A DNA stretch of 64,000 nt from the human T2T-CHM13v2.0 reference genome, Homo sapiens. The notes under the pieces were generated by a model, which did no database searches, was not told the origin of the DNA, and saw nothing but the letters and a program-made list of their open reading frames with translations. How positions within the stretch are numbered: the first letter of the stretch is position 1; the number at the start of each line of letters is the position of its first letter. Of the stretch, positions 46,146 through 61,200 are shown one piece after another. The position numbers were made by a program, and so were the translations under genes. The DNA lies in NCBI RefSeq assembly GCF_009914755.1, contig NC_060926.1; one strand, written 5' to 3'.

Positions 46146-46831
46146 TGTTGTGATTTTCTAATTTTTTGTCTTAAAGTCTCTTTCTGGTAAGTGGCCATAA
46201 GCCAAGACAGCCACTCTCTAGAAAAGCCCCGACTGGGAGGAGTATTAGATTGAGATTGCCAGTAAGGAAAGACACAGAGGAGGCAGCACAACAAAGCCCA
46301 TTAGATAACCAGAAGCAGTTTTATTATTTGCCCAAGAACAGGGAACAGCATGTCTTGCTGAGCCAACCAGAAGAGGAAAGCCATCCAGGACACATGCTCA
46401 CCTAGTGGGAGGGGAGCAAAAGAGAGAGCAAAATACCTGTGAGCCAAAGCCCTTATTGGGGTCCAGAGTGTGACCCAGTTTGGTTTCCTGCAGGGAATTC
46501 TAACTGATGGGTTTAGAGCAAGCAGGCACAAGTTCCGTGGAGTCTGTGACTGAGAGGTGGTTGCCTTGGCATGTCTTGGCAGTCCATGTGGTATATGGGA
46601 GTCAGTGGGTCAGGTAGGTTATATCTAGCTGTCCCATGGGCAGGTGGTTGTCAGGAGGTAGTTGTATAAACTCCTCCCAGTTCCTCAAGCTGGATCAACC
46701 ACCTTGAGGACTTGGGAGGAGGTAGAGAACTGGAAACTATGCAAAGTGTGACTAAGCCCCGCTTCTGGTATGATAAAATTAAACCTATATTCAAAATGGA
46801 TGCCAAAGCAACATAAAATTATGAGCTCACA
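46146..46831 (-). mobile_element. ERVL-class solo LTR (LTR47/LTR53/MER73-74 group; subfamily uncertain)
   Basis: TG...CA termini; 5-bp TSD acttc/acttt; host L1 resumes on both sides. Confidence 0.75.
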
Positions 46832-47608
46832 ACTTTGAATAGTACACAAAAACTGCCCCTTTACAGGTCAGTTCCCACTGACCAACTTTTTCAGTTGCTG
46901 ATGTTCCAAAATTATATCTTTACATATAATGTGCCAAAAACATAAACTAACAATTATTTTAAATGGATTAGCCTCTTACATTATTCAGAAAACATAATGT
47001 GGAGTTACAAACTGAAGTTAAAATAAGACTAGCTTTTTGACTTTTTTTTAATGTGTTAGTATCTTAAATTATGTAGAAAACAGTGAATTATAAACTATTG
47101 CTACTATAACATTAGCTTTTGTAATTGCCCATATACTTACCAGTAATGAAATCTTTATTTCTTAATGTGGCTTTGAGTGACTGTCCAGCATCTTGTCATT
47201 TTACCCTGCAGGACTTTCTCGTACATTTCTTTCAGGGCAGTTCTACTGGTAACAAACCACCTTAATGTTTGTATATCTGGGAATGTCATACTTTTTCCTC
47301 ATTTTGAAGGGTATTTTTGGGATATATAAGAAAGTTGGTTGACGGTTTTTGTTTTTCCTTTTAGCTCTTTGAATATTTTGCATCACTGCCTTCTGGCTTC
47401 CATAGTTTTTGATGAGAATCTGATGGTAATCTTATTGAGCATCACTTGCATGAAACAAGTTGCTTATTTCTTAGAATTTTCAAGGTTCTGTCTTTGGCTT
47501 TGAAAAATTTGAATGTAATATGTCTCAGTGTGGTCTCTTTGATTTCATCTTACTTGAAGGTCTTTGTACTTCTCGGGTGTTTATATTCCTGTCTTTCACT
47601 ACATGTGG

Positions 47609-48239
47609 TGTCATAAATTTGTGTAATATAGTCACCACTTAATATCCACCTTCAGGCTTGATGTAAGTTGTTTGAAACCAGTTGTATCCAGTCACCTTTC
47701 ACCTAGTTAAAACTTCCTTTCCCTGAATGGTTGTTTAGATATAGCCTGTTTGTTCCTCATCCCAGTGACCCAAACCCTAACACACCTCATAGTTGGTTAC
47801 TATTATAAGACCCAATGGTGAACAACAGAGTCATCTAAATAAGTTTATTCATTTATATGTGTTTTCTAAGCTAGAAAATCTACAACCTTCACAGGAAACC
47901 CTAAGGAATAATACCATGGACTTTACTGAAGGCATAATTACACAGGTACTCTTCCTCTCTCCTGCTCCTCACCCTCTGGTTGAGCTCCCTGATGCCTTTG
48001 GAATTCCAGTCAGCCTCCCATCAGTACCTGTAACCTCTCTGAAACCTGTGAGTTATGAATTTCTTGTTTCATGCACTTTGGTTTCACTTCCTCTTTGTCT
48101 CACCTGACACGCACACACACCTAAACCTGACCTTCCTCCCATTCAGGTCTTTTCTAGAAGAGTGGCTGTTTTGGTTTATGAGTGCTCTCCAAAAAAAGAC
48201 AATACCAAATTAAAAGAAACTGTAATAATGGAAATCTCA
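47609..48239 (+). mobile_element. Related ERVL-class solo LTR
   Basis: TG...CA termini; perfect TSD tgtgg 47604-47608 / 48240-48244; 3' end homologous to the 46146 LTR. Confidence 0.75.
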
Positions 48240-50350
48240 TGTGGAAAGTTTTCAGCCATTATTTCTTTAAATATCTCTCTTACCCTTTCTCTCTCTCTTT
48301 TCCTTACAGTATTCCCACAATACTTGTCTGCTTGTTGACGTTCAGAGATCTCATAGGCTCTGTTTAATATTTTCTTCAATCTTTTTCTATTTCAAGTTTT
48401 ATAATTTCCAATACCCTATCTTCAAATTTGTTTCCTCTGCCTGCTCAAATATGCCTTTGAATCCCTTTAGTTAATTTTTCCTTTCAGTTGTTATATGTTT
48501 CAGCTCCACATTTCTTTTCGGATTTTCTCTTTTTATTGATATTTCCATTGTGTTCAACATTGTTTTTTGTTTATTCTTTTTTTGCTTTCTCCACTTCTTC
48601 TTTTAGTTATTTGACAGTCTTTAATACAGTTATTTTAAAGTGCTTGTCTAGTAGATCTGACAGCAAGTCTTTTTTAGGGACAATTTCTGTTTGTTTGTTT
48701 TTTTTTCTTTGAATGGACCATACTTTTCTGTTTCTTTCTAGGCTTTGTGATTTTTTGTTGTTGAGAACTAGATAGTTGAATCTAATAATGTGGTAACTCT
48801 GGCAATCAGATTTTTCTTTCTTCCCCAGGGTTTGCTGTGGTTTTTTAAAAATTATTTTGGTTTATTGTTTTTGTTTTCCTATTGTTGTAGGCAGTCTGTG
48901 TGCCAGGAGTTAGCCTGAGGTGTAAATTTAAGGTCTCTTCTGGTCTGTTTTGACCCTGCACCTTTCAATTGACATGTGTGGTCACTTTCTAATTTTCCTC
49001 ACATACGCAGTTGCTTTTGAATGTTCTAAATGTCTTTAATGTCTGATGCCCAAGAGGGGAAAAAGAGAAAAATGAAGTGATAGGAAAATGATACTGGCCT
49101 TTTAAATGCCCTAGAAGTTATTGTGGCTGGTGGGGGAGCGCTTGCAATAATGCGGGAGGTACAAAAACAATAGTCAGCCACTTCTTTCTCTGCACTTCTG
49201 TGATTGGAAGCAGCAATCAGTAATCAGAGCACAAATCTCTGGTATTTGGGGAATACGCTTCTTTTTTCCCACTCTGGCTCCCATAAGCTACGGACAAGCT
49301 GCTCCAGGAACATGTGCACAGCCATCTGCGATGGGGACAAGGATAGGTAGCTACTATTATGTTAAGAGCCGAAATTGACCAAAATTAAGTGCAGTTTATT
49401 ATCCAAGCTCTCCAGAGTTCCAAAATAGTTATATTGGTCAGATTCTTCTAGTGCGATTACAATTGTTGTTTAGGTGGGAAGAAAGATTCCTGGTGCTTCT
49501 TATTCTGCCATCTCTCCAAAATTTTCTCTCCAATTGATATTTGTATATTGCTCATGTATCCTGTAACCTTGCTGAATTTGTTTATTAGTTTTTACAGTTT
49601 TATGTATATTCGAGTTTTCTACATACAAGATCATGGAATCTGCAAATAGAGAATTTTACTTCTTCCTTTTCTATCTGGATACCTTTTATTTCTTTTTCTT
49701 GATCGTTTTCCCCAGCTAAAACATGTAGTGCAATGTTGAATAGAAGTGATTAGATCGGCCATCTTTGTCTTGCTCCTTATTTTAGGATGAAAACTTTCAT
49801 CTTTCATTATTAAATATGTTGTTAGCTATTTTTTTTTTGTAGCTGCCTGCCTTTTATGAGATTAAGAAAGCTGTCTTCTAACCCTAGTTTTTTTTTTTTT
49901 TTTTGCTGGATTTTGATAAATGTTTTTTCAGGGTCAATTAAAATTATTGTGTGGTATTATTCTTCATTTTCTTAAGTGTTTTATTATATTAATTTTTAAT
50001 TATTAACACATCCTTGCATTTCTAGTGAAAATCTCACTGTTCATTGTGTATAATCCATTTTACATGTTGCTGGATTTAGTTTGCTAATATTTTGTTGAGA
50101 ATTTTAAAATCTCTGATATTTATCAGCAGTTTTGATCTATGGTTTTTTTTCTTGTTATGTATTTGTCTGGTTTTGATATAAGTGTAATATCAACCTCATA
50201 GAATGAGTTGGGAAGTATTCCTTCCTCTTGTATTTTTTGGAAAGTTTCTGAAGTATTGATATTAATTCTTCTTTGAATGTTTGGTAGAATTCACCAGTGA
50301 AACATTTTGGGCCTGTCCTTTTCTTTGTGTAGGGTTTTTAAATTACTAAT

Positions 50351-51026
<676 letters not shown>

Positions 51027-52334
51027 TCAATCGCTTTACTCATTGTAAGTTTATTAAAATTTTCTGTTTCTTCTAGAGTCAGTTTCAGAGGTCATGTCTT
51101 CCTAGAAATGTATCCATTTAATCTAAGTTGTCTATCATAGTACTTTGTCTTTTAAAAAAATTTCTGTAAGATTGGCAGTGAGGTCCTCTCTCTTGTTTCT
51201 GATTTTGGTAATTTTAGTCTTCTCTGTTTTTTTTCCTCTGGTCAGTGTTACTAAAGATTTGTCAATTTTGTTCATCTTTTCTATGAACCTACTTATTATT
51301 TTATTGATTTTTTCTATTGTTTTTATAATCACTATTTCATTATTTCCTACTGTTATTTTGTTTCCTTTCTTTTGCTTTCTGAATGCTTAGTTTGCTCTTT
51401 TTTTTTTTTAATGTCTAAAGATAGAAGCTATGGTTATTGGTTAGAGCTCTTCCTTTAAAAAATAAGCACCAACATTCATAAACTTCCATCTGAGCACTAC
51501 TTTAGCTGCATCCAGTAAATATTGGTATGTCGTGTTTTCATTTTCATTTATCTCAGAGTATGTGCTAATATTCCTGTGATTTCTTACTTGATACATTATT
51601 CAGGAGTATATTGCTAAATTTTCTATATTTTTTAAAATTTCTCAAATTTCATTAAGTGATTGATTTATAAGTTCATTTCCTTGTGGTCAGAGAACACGAT
51701 TTCTACGATTTCTACGATTTAATTTCTTTAAACTTTACTAAGGATTATTTTATGGCCCACTATACGATTTATCTTGGAAAATGATCTGTTGTACTTTGTA
51801 CTCTGCTACTGCAAAGTGGAGTCTTCTATAGATATGTTAGTTCTAGATAGTTTATAATGTTGCTCAAGTCTTCTATATCCTTCTTGCGCTTCTGCCTAGT
51901 TAATTTATCCATTAGGAAAGTGTGATATTGAAATTTCAGACTGCTTTTGTTGAATTGTTTATTTCTTCCTTCAAATTATCAGCTCTTGTTTCAGGTCTTT
52001 CAGGTTTATTTTATGTACCTATTATTAGTGTTATATTGTACTGATGAATTTACCCTTTTACCATTTTAGGACATCCCTGTTTAACTTCCTTTTACATTTT
52101 TGGTTTATAGGTTTATTTTGCCTGATATTAGTATAGTTACTCCAACTCTCTTATGCTTACTGTTACTGTTTAATGGTGTTTCCTTTCCCTATTCTTTTCA
52201 ATCTATTTGTATCTTTGAATCTAAAGTGTGTATTCGACAGACAACATATAGTTGGATCTTGTTAATTTATCCTTTCTGACAATCTCTGCCTTATGATTGA
52301 ATTGTACAATTCATTTCAATTTAAATGGAAGTAC

Positions 52335-52505
52335 ATATAAAACAAGGTTATGCATTGATTGGTTGATAAAAATATTGTGGCCAGAGACTCACAGGAACCA
52401 AATTCTGTTTTTCCACTACATGAAATGGCTCAGTATTTGCCTATTTGAAATTGTTGGTGACTTTATAAAACATAACTACATATGAATAATAAAAATTGAT
52501 GGTAT
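52335..52505. mobile_element. Tigger-group (Tc1/mariner) DNA transposon fragment
   Basis: 'ggccagagactcacaggaacc...gactttataaaacataactac'. Confidence 0.55.
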
Positions 52506-53565
52506 ATACATGTAGTATATGCATACTATTTTATATAGTTGCTTTCTATGTCAGGTAAGAGATGAAAGGACAATAAATATGCAATTATACTACCTTTTAT
52601 AATCATCTCTATTTATATTTATTTGTATTTTATGTGTGGATCCAAATATTTGCCTGATGTCACTTGTTTTCAGCCTGAAGAACACCTTTAGTATTCCTTG
52701 AAAGGCAGGTTAGCTAGCAATAAATTCTCTTAATATTGATTTATTTGGGAATATTTTTATTTCACCTTTTTTGAAATATAGTTTTTCTGGACACAGTTTT
52801 CTTGGTTAAAAATTCTTCTTTTTTTTCTGTCAGCACTTTGACTATGCCATATATTGCCTTCTGAACTCCATTGTTTCAGATAAGAGGTCAGCTGTTAATC
52901 TTTTGGGATCCCCTGTACATGATAAGTCTGCTCTTTTGCTACTTACAAGATTTTCTCTCTTAATTAATCTACACATCCAGAAAGCCCAAAGAACTCAAAA
53001 TAGAATAAAAATGAAGAGATCCACACCTAGACCAATCAGAGTCAAAATGTTCCAACCCACTTTTAAACCCTCTGTTTAATATTTTCACTCTAATTATTGT
53101 ACTTTCAACCCTGGACTTTTCATTAATTCTTCTTCTATAACATCTAGCTCTTTATTGACATTCTCTACTTAATAAGACAATGCCATCATACCTTTGTTTA
53201 ATTATTTAAGTGTGACTTTGTTTAGTTTTTATTTATAATATCTCCTTTGCAGTCTTTGGCTGATAAGTACAATATTTGGGTCCTTTCTCTTGCCATTTTC
53301 TTTGCCTGTGTATGGCTGTGAATTGGACATTTTAGAAAATATAATGCAATGTTCAGTATTGATTCTCCTTCCCCTACCCTGGACTTGTTTGTTGATTTGT
53401 TTAGTGGCTTGGCTGACTGTTCCAATGCAGTCTGTTTTCTCCACAGTGTGTAGCCTCTGAAGTCACTGAGCAGACAATGGCAGCTTTAGGCATAGAGTGC
53501 AGTCCCCCTGACAATCTCTCCCCCAAATGACAGTGGTTTCAGCTTGGCTGTCTTTTACTGTGGAC

Positions 53566-53655
53566 TCAGAGTCCCTGGGGTTCAACTTTTGATTTTTTGA
53601 CTTCACAATGGGTTTATCAGGATGCAACCTCATCGTAAGTCGAGAAGCATCTGTA
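53566..53655. mobile_element. MER47/Tigger5-like MITE fragment
   Basis: 'tgggtttatcaggatgcaacctcatcgtaagtcgagaagcatctgta'. Confidence 0.6.
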
Positions 53656-56353
53656 TTTCTCACATCTTCCTTTTAATTTTCTGGTTGGTCTGTCTCTCTT
53701 GCTATCACACTCAGCTATTAGACTCCATTAATTTGTAGCTGATTGCTCTATTATTTTAGAGAATACCTCAGGGCATAAGTTGCTCCACAGTTTGCTCCAA
53801 TTAACATCTCAGTCCCTTTGCAGATGTAGTCTTTGAGGACAGTTAGTGAGCTTTGGTGTGACCAGAGGTGTTCTCTTTTTAGCAGCCTTTTTCCTTGATT
53901 CTCTCTGTTAAGCGTTTCAATTTTTACTATCGTATGGCTATAAACCTCCACTTAATTGCTTACGACCAAAGTCACCATTGTTTTCTATAGCACTGTTATG
54001 CTTTTTTCTCCATACTTTGTTCTAAACATCTCCATGATTTATTCTAAATAAAGTCAGCCTCCTTGGGGACAGCTACAAAGCTCTCTGTTCTTGGTCTGCC
54101 TCTGTCCCTGGGCAGAATGTCTGCACTACTTCTCCGAAGAACAGCTTCCACTTATCTTGGAATAACATAGCTACTCTATGAGTGGAGTGCTGGGTTGGGA
54201 TGACAGCCTCTGGTTCTGTAGGAATACTTTCATTCTATAAGTGAGATGGATCAAAATGATGGGACCCAGAATAATAAGCTCACTGCATTCAGAGTATAGG
54301 TTCTGTCCTACAATTAAGGTTAGATGGAGAAAGGAAGCCTGAGATCTGTTAGCATTAGAATAGAGTTTCTGCAACATATACCTAGGGCAGAGGAAAATTG
54401 CTAGTTTGGGATCTTCCCTTCCTGAGAAGAAACCATAGCACTAGACTGGGCTCTGGGAGAAGATGGAGACACATCTTCTTGGTTGTACTTGGACAGAGTA
54501 GAGCTTCTCTTCCACTGAGCCTGAGGGGTCTGAGAACAATTGTAACTCAATTGTCATGGTCTCTTACTGTTCTTACTGAGATTTAATATATTTTCTTAAA
54601 AATTGTTTCTTCATTTGGAGTATTCCCTTTGTATAATTTTCTAACTCTACTATATAAACCAAAATTTTCAGTGAATTAAAGAGTTAAAAGTATATATCTC
54701 ATAAAACGTTAATGTAATTTGTAATAAGAAATGCTTCTAATATTAGATGTTAGAAGAGGAGAAGCAAACTTTATATGCTGTATAATCCCTTTAAAAATAT
54801 TAATACAAACATTGCTGATGACATGATAAAGTGAAAGAAATTTTTAAAAAACATCTGCCAAGGTGTTGAAAATAATATTTCTAAGCAAGGTGATTAAGGG
54901 TGACTTGTATTTTCTTTGACACATCCTTGCATATTTTCCAAATCTTCTATGGTATACATATATGTCTATAATAATTAGAGCAATAATCCTTATTAAAAAT
55001 AGTGATGCCTTTTTTAGACCTTACACCGTGTTTAAACAAATTTTACTAATTGCTTGGTGGCTGCTAGCATGATCATTTTTTCCACAGTCTTCTGACTCTA
55101 CTTTTGCTGACTCTGCCCTGATATTTCATCTTGATTGATACAGTATGTGATCTACTCCAGTCACCTTTGTTCCTCCATTCATTAAGGGAAGCATGAGGGG
55201 AAGATGAAATTCACACCTAGGCAGTTATTTTCTTCTGCTTTATTCTGACTCCAAACTGCTGCAGCTCTTGCAGGTCACATGCAGCTCTGAGAGAGATTCA
55301 GTCAGCTCACCTTTTAAGCCCAGAGGTTCTCAGACTGTATCAACTTTTGAATAACTTAGTTCAATCTAATTCTATTTTTTTCCTGTAAATTCAAGTAGTC
55401 ATCATGATTTCTATGATTTCTTCCATGAGAAACTGTTATATTCAATATACCTTATATAGTTATTGTTATTTACATTCCACTATAGGAACATAAAAACTGT
55501 AGTAGGTCCTACCACTATTTCACCTTAAATTGTATTCTGTCGGACAAAATCTTCCATCAGCACCTTCTTTATGTTGAACTCATAAAATATGGCAGTCTAC
55601 AAATCTATTTATCTCTTCTTAGGTATCCATTAGAGAATTGGTTTTCTATCACTTTGAATTTTGCTCAATAACACCCCTCAAATTCAACAAAGCTAAATCT
55701 TAAAGGTAAATGAAAGTAAAGAGAGACCAAAAGAGAGACATGTTTAACTCACAAATGAAATATCTAAAAAGATTTTCAAAAAGCCAGATACTACTATATA
55801 CAGCTAATTGGAGAAAAAAGGAATAGACTCTCTTTATTTGTGAGTCTAAAGTCAATTTTAAAGAGCTCAATACAGAAAAATTTGTATATAGATGTAAATA
55901 TTTAAATATAAAATTTTGTCAAATAACTAAGATGAAAATTATGTCCTAACCCCTGCTATGATTATTAAATAGCAAAGTAAGGTAATTATAGATGATGTTG
56001 TCACCATGTTTTATGTTTATTAAAGGTAGCATTTTAATTTTAGGTTAAATATACAATGTAGGAGTATAGTAGTTTATGGGCTTTAATGCACATTTTATGA
56101 AATGTTGAGTCTGTTTGCATAGTCACTGTGTATGCTACATTTAGGCCAATTTTATGGGACTTGAAGAACCATAGCACTATTTTAAATGATAATGCTGGTT
56201 TATAGGGATTGTGCTTCCTTTTACGATATCAGTGATTGATATATTTAATGGCTAATTTTTGATGTACTTCAATGTGTAAAGGTAGAATACTTATATAATG
56301 TCCAACATACTGTGTGGAATTATTCACACAGCTGTCGCAATTTGTTTATTTAA

Positions 56354-56815
<462 letters not shown>

Positions 56816-56819
56816 TAGT

Positions 56820-57560
56820 ATCAGGCTTCTGCTGATGGAATGAAGAATTCATTGGGCTTAGATTCAGGAGAACTGAATTAAAATCCTGTATGTTTGGGCA
56901 ATGATTAACTAGCCTTTTTTATTTCAGTTCTTTTCTCTTAGTGAGACAAAGCTGCAAATTTGACGTAAAAAGTCCAAGCTGTAAATTCTGGCTCTATCAG
57001 GTGTTAATGGGTATTTGACATTGGAATCATTTCTTGATTTCTATGAATATCAGATTCAGTTTGTAAAATGTGAATCATAATATATATCACCTTGATAAAA
57101 ACATGAAGTAATGAATGTCAAAGTGTTTTGTAAATGGCAGAGCATTATTCTAACTTTTGTACATAGCACATATATATTTAGTGCTTATTTTTATGCTGAG
57201 TTCCCATTCTCAAGTGTGACATCTTACTGGAGGAGGCAAATACAAATAATATCCATACAAAGAGTCAGATAACATACAGATGTACAAGTATTATAGACAG
57301 CTTGCAGAGCTAAGCAAGCATAGAAGACTTGAGTAAACAAATGGCATTTGAGGTGGGATTTAAAAAGGGAAGAAAAATGGGAGCAAGAACTACAACAGTT
57401 GTGTAGTGGTGTGAAATTAACTTTGGCTAAAGTAGATAACAGTAAGATATAGGCAAAGACATGGTAGAAAATGAGGTTTGCAAAGCATTTTGAGGCAGAC
57501 AGAGAGCTATTAATAGGAGTTTGGACCTTTTTCCTTGGTTTAGTGGGGAGCTGTTAGAGC
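56820..57560. mobile_element. MIR and L2 fragments
   Basis: MIR core-like 'tgggcttagattcaggagaactgaattaaaatcctg'; L2-like 'tggcatttgaggtgggatttaaaa'. Confidence 0.5.
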
Positions 57561-57663
57561 TCTTTAATAATTCTCCATCCAGATTATGGCTGGTTGATAC
57601 CTATGACTTACATATTTTTGACTTAATATCAAATGGCAATAGGAGGTGCCGGGTGGTTAATCC

Positions 57664-58053
57664 TGATATGGTTTGAATGTTGGTGTTCCCTCCAAAATTC
57701 CTGAAATTGATATTGAAACGTAGTCCCAAATATCAACAGTGTTAAGAAGTGAGGTATTTGGGAGGTGATTAAGTCATGGAGGCTCCTCTCGCAGTGGGAT
57801 TTAGGCCTTTATAAATGAAGCTTCACATAGCATTTGGCTTTTTCTTCCCCTTCCTTGCCTTCTGCTGTGTGAGGACACAGTGTTCAAGACACCATCTTGG
57901 AAGCAGATACTAGGACCTCATCAAATACTGAATTTACTGGCACCTTGATCTTGGATTTCACAAACTCTGTAACTATGAGAAATACATTTATCTTTTTTTA
58001 TAAATCATATAATCCCAGGTATTTTGTTACAGTATCACAAACAGACTAAGACA
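57664..58053 (+). mobile_element. MST-type MaLR solo LTR
   Basis: tgatatggtttgaatgt...agactaagaca. Confidence 0.85.
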
Positions 58054-58188
58054 ATTTCTAAAATCTGGCACCCTGAGCTCAGGTGTCAGTTTAATAAACC
58101 GAGTGTGTGTAAAATGTGGAAGAAAAAAAAACACCCTTTAGCCACTATGCTTATAATTATTTAACAGTTAAAAAAAAGGCACAGTAGT

Positions 58189-58548
58189 TGTCTCACTCCG
58201 TTTGGGCTATTATAAGAAAATGCCTTAGACTGAGTAACTTATGAAAAACAAATTTATTTTTCACATTTTTGGAGCCTGGAAAGTCTAAGATCAAGACACC
58301 AGCAGATTTGGTGTTTGGTGAGGGCTTGCTGCCTGCTTCAAATATGGTATCTTCTTGCTGTGACCTCACATGGCAGAAGGAGCAAAAATGTTCCCTCAGA
58401 CTTTGTTTATAAGGGTACTAATCTCATTCAGGGTTTTGCCCTCATGACCTAATCATCTCCTAAAGATGCCATATCTTAATACTCTTGCATTGGAGATTAG
58501 GTTTCAGCCTGTAAATTTTGGGGGAACACAAACATTTAGACCGTAGCT
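58189..58548 (-). mobile_element. MST/MLT1A-type MaLR solo LTR
   Basis: Perfect TSD gtagt 58184-58188 / 58549-58553. Confidence 0.85.
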
Positions 58549-58586
58549 GTAGTGAAATATTGTCAGTCAAGTAATGCTAAAAGTTT

Positions 58587-58901
58587 TGCTTTTTTTTTTT
58601 TTGTTTATTTTTAAAAACATTTTTATAGATAGCATCTTATTGTGTTACCCAGGCTGGAGTGCAATGGCACAATCTTGCTGCAACGTCTGCCTCCCAAACT
58701 CAAGTGATCTGCCCACCTCAGCCTCCTGTGTAGCTGGGACTACAGGCGCCCACCACAACACCTGGCTAATTTTTGTATGTTTTTGTAGAGACAGGTTTCA
58801 CCATGTTGCCCAGGCTGGCCTCGAGCTCCTGAACACAAGCAATCTGCCCAATTTGGCCTCCCAAAGCACTGGTTTACAGGTGTGAACCACCACATCTGGC
58901 G
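58587..58901 (-). mobile_element. AluJ
   Basis: Perfect 18-bp TSD aagtaatgctaaaagttt. Confidence 0.92.
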
Positions 58902-59774
58902 AAGTAATGCTAAAAGTTTATAACAGCACACTATTGGTGAACATGACTGGGCATATGTTCTGTAGGCATACCTTTTTAGATGAAAGTACATCCTGGCCTC
59001 ATTGGAGTATTTTGTAGATGTCCTTCCAAGGATATGCATGAACATAAACAATTCACATAATATGTACATATATATGTTTATCATAAAGAGTGAATGCAAA
59101 ATAAAAATGTATGGAGTGAATATTTGGCAGAGTACATTTACTTATTTAGTTTACATAATTATACCTCTTGCTCATAACCCTGACAGAACAGGTCTAATTT
59201 TCATTAAGCATGACTACAGTTTTCCTACACTAATCATATTAATGTTATACTTGTTTTGATACCAAATAAAGTAATTAGGTTGTTTTTGATGGTAGTGAAT
59301 ATAATATGTATATTAACAAATTGGCATCTGTTTTATTTCATTTTTCATTTCAATTTAAATGTAATCAACCAATAATGACCCTAGTAAGCTAGTTAATAAT
59401 TAAGATAAGCATTCTTCCACTAAAGTTATATAGTTTATTTCAAAACTTATATTTAATACATTTCAAAAGATATTAATCAGAAATGTTCAAGAGAAATGGA
59501 TATTCTGAGCCAATTGTTGACATTCTAAATCCAAGTACATTAACAGCACCTTTTCAATCATAACTATTGCATCATTAGTGCACAGCTACATAGTGCTAAT
59601 TACTTTATTTACCTCTACATTGAATGAATGCTGTTAAACCTTTTTAAATAATTGATAATTTATTAAATACTAATATATGCAAAACTGAACTATACAAGTT
59701 TTTCCAAATTATATCTGCCATCTTTTGATTATATAAATACAACATATACTACCTGAATGCAAAATTAACATATT

Positions 59775-61200
59775 ATATTTTTATTATGTTAAAACATATG
59801 TAACACACAGTTTTCCATTTTAACCATTTTAAACGTAGAGTTTTCAGTGGCATTAATTATATTCACAATATTATGCAACCATTACCAGAATCTATTTCAG
59901 AATTTTTTATCACCCCAAACAGAAACTATGTTCCTTAAAAAGTTAAGCATACAATTACCATATGATCCAGCAACTCTGCTTCTAAAAATATACTGCAAAG
60001 ACTTGACAGCAGATACTCAAACAGATGCTGGTACACATACATATGTTTAACTTTTTGAGAAACAGTGTAAGTGTTTTCCACAGTGGCTATATCATTTTAT
60101 ATTCCTGCCAGCAATAAATGAGGATTCCACTTTCTCCACATCCATGACATGCTAACGTGTGCTATTTTCTTGTTTTTTGTTTTTTTTTTTTAGTACAGTC
60201 ATCCTGTTAAGTGTCAAGTGATATCTAATTGTGTGTGTGTGTGTGTTTTCAATTTTAGTTTTTGTGGGTGCATAGCCATATATATTTATGGGGCATATAA
60301 GATATTTTGATACAGGCATACAATGTATAATTATCACATTAGGGTAAATGGGCTATTCATAACCTCCAGGATTTATTCTCTGTGTTACAAATAATCCACT
60401 TATACTCTTTCAGTTACCATTGTGATTTTGAATTGCATTTTCCTAATGATGAAAAATGTTGAGCTACTTTTCATATGCTTATTGGCCATTTTTAAATCTC
60501 CTTTGGAGAAATGTCTATTCAAGTCTGTATTCATCAGAGAAAAAGAACCCATAGGAGATATATATTTATTATACAAATTATACATATAAATATATATAAT
60601 ATAAATCTATAAAAAGAGATTTATTGTGAGGGACTAACTTATACAATTATGGAGGCTGAGCAGTCCCATGACTTCTGTCTGCAAGTTATAGGCACAGAAA
60701 AGATGTTGGTGTAGTTGGCCAGTTCAAACCTGAAGGCCTGAGAACGAGGTGCACTGATACCTGATGCAGGAGAAGGTGGATGTCCCAGCTCAAGCAGAGA
60801 GCACATTCAGCCTTTCTCATTTTTGCTCTATTTGTGTCTTCAGTGAGTTGGGTGGTGCCCACCTGCAATGGTGAGGATGATCTTCTTTATTCAGTCTACC
60901 AGTTCAAACACTACTCTCTTGAGGAAACCCCCTCACAGATGCACCCAGAAATAACGTTTTGTCAGCTATCTGGGTATCTCATAATGCAGTCAAGTTTACA
61001 CTTAAAATTAACCATCACAGAGTCTTTTATTTACTTTTAATTTGCTTTTTGTCTTCTTGTTGTTGGCTTGCATAAGTTCTTTATATATTCTGGATATATA
61101 TTTTAAATATAACCATATACTTTTTCCCTTATCAGGTATATGATTTATAAATGTTTTCCTCCACTCTGTGGGTTGTGTTTTCACTCTTCTGATGGCATCT
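59775..61200 (-). mobile_element. L1MB 3' region with internal inversion, nested L1MA 3' fragment (about 60245-60416) and MLT2 LTR
   Basis: 'ttttccattttaaccattttaaac...cagtggcattaattatattcacaatattatgcaacc'. Confidence 0.78.
60526..61019 (-). mobile_element. MLT2B/D-type ERVL solo LTR
   Basis: Ends 'aaaattaaccatcaca'; TSD aagtc/gagtc. Confidence 0.85.
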
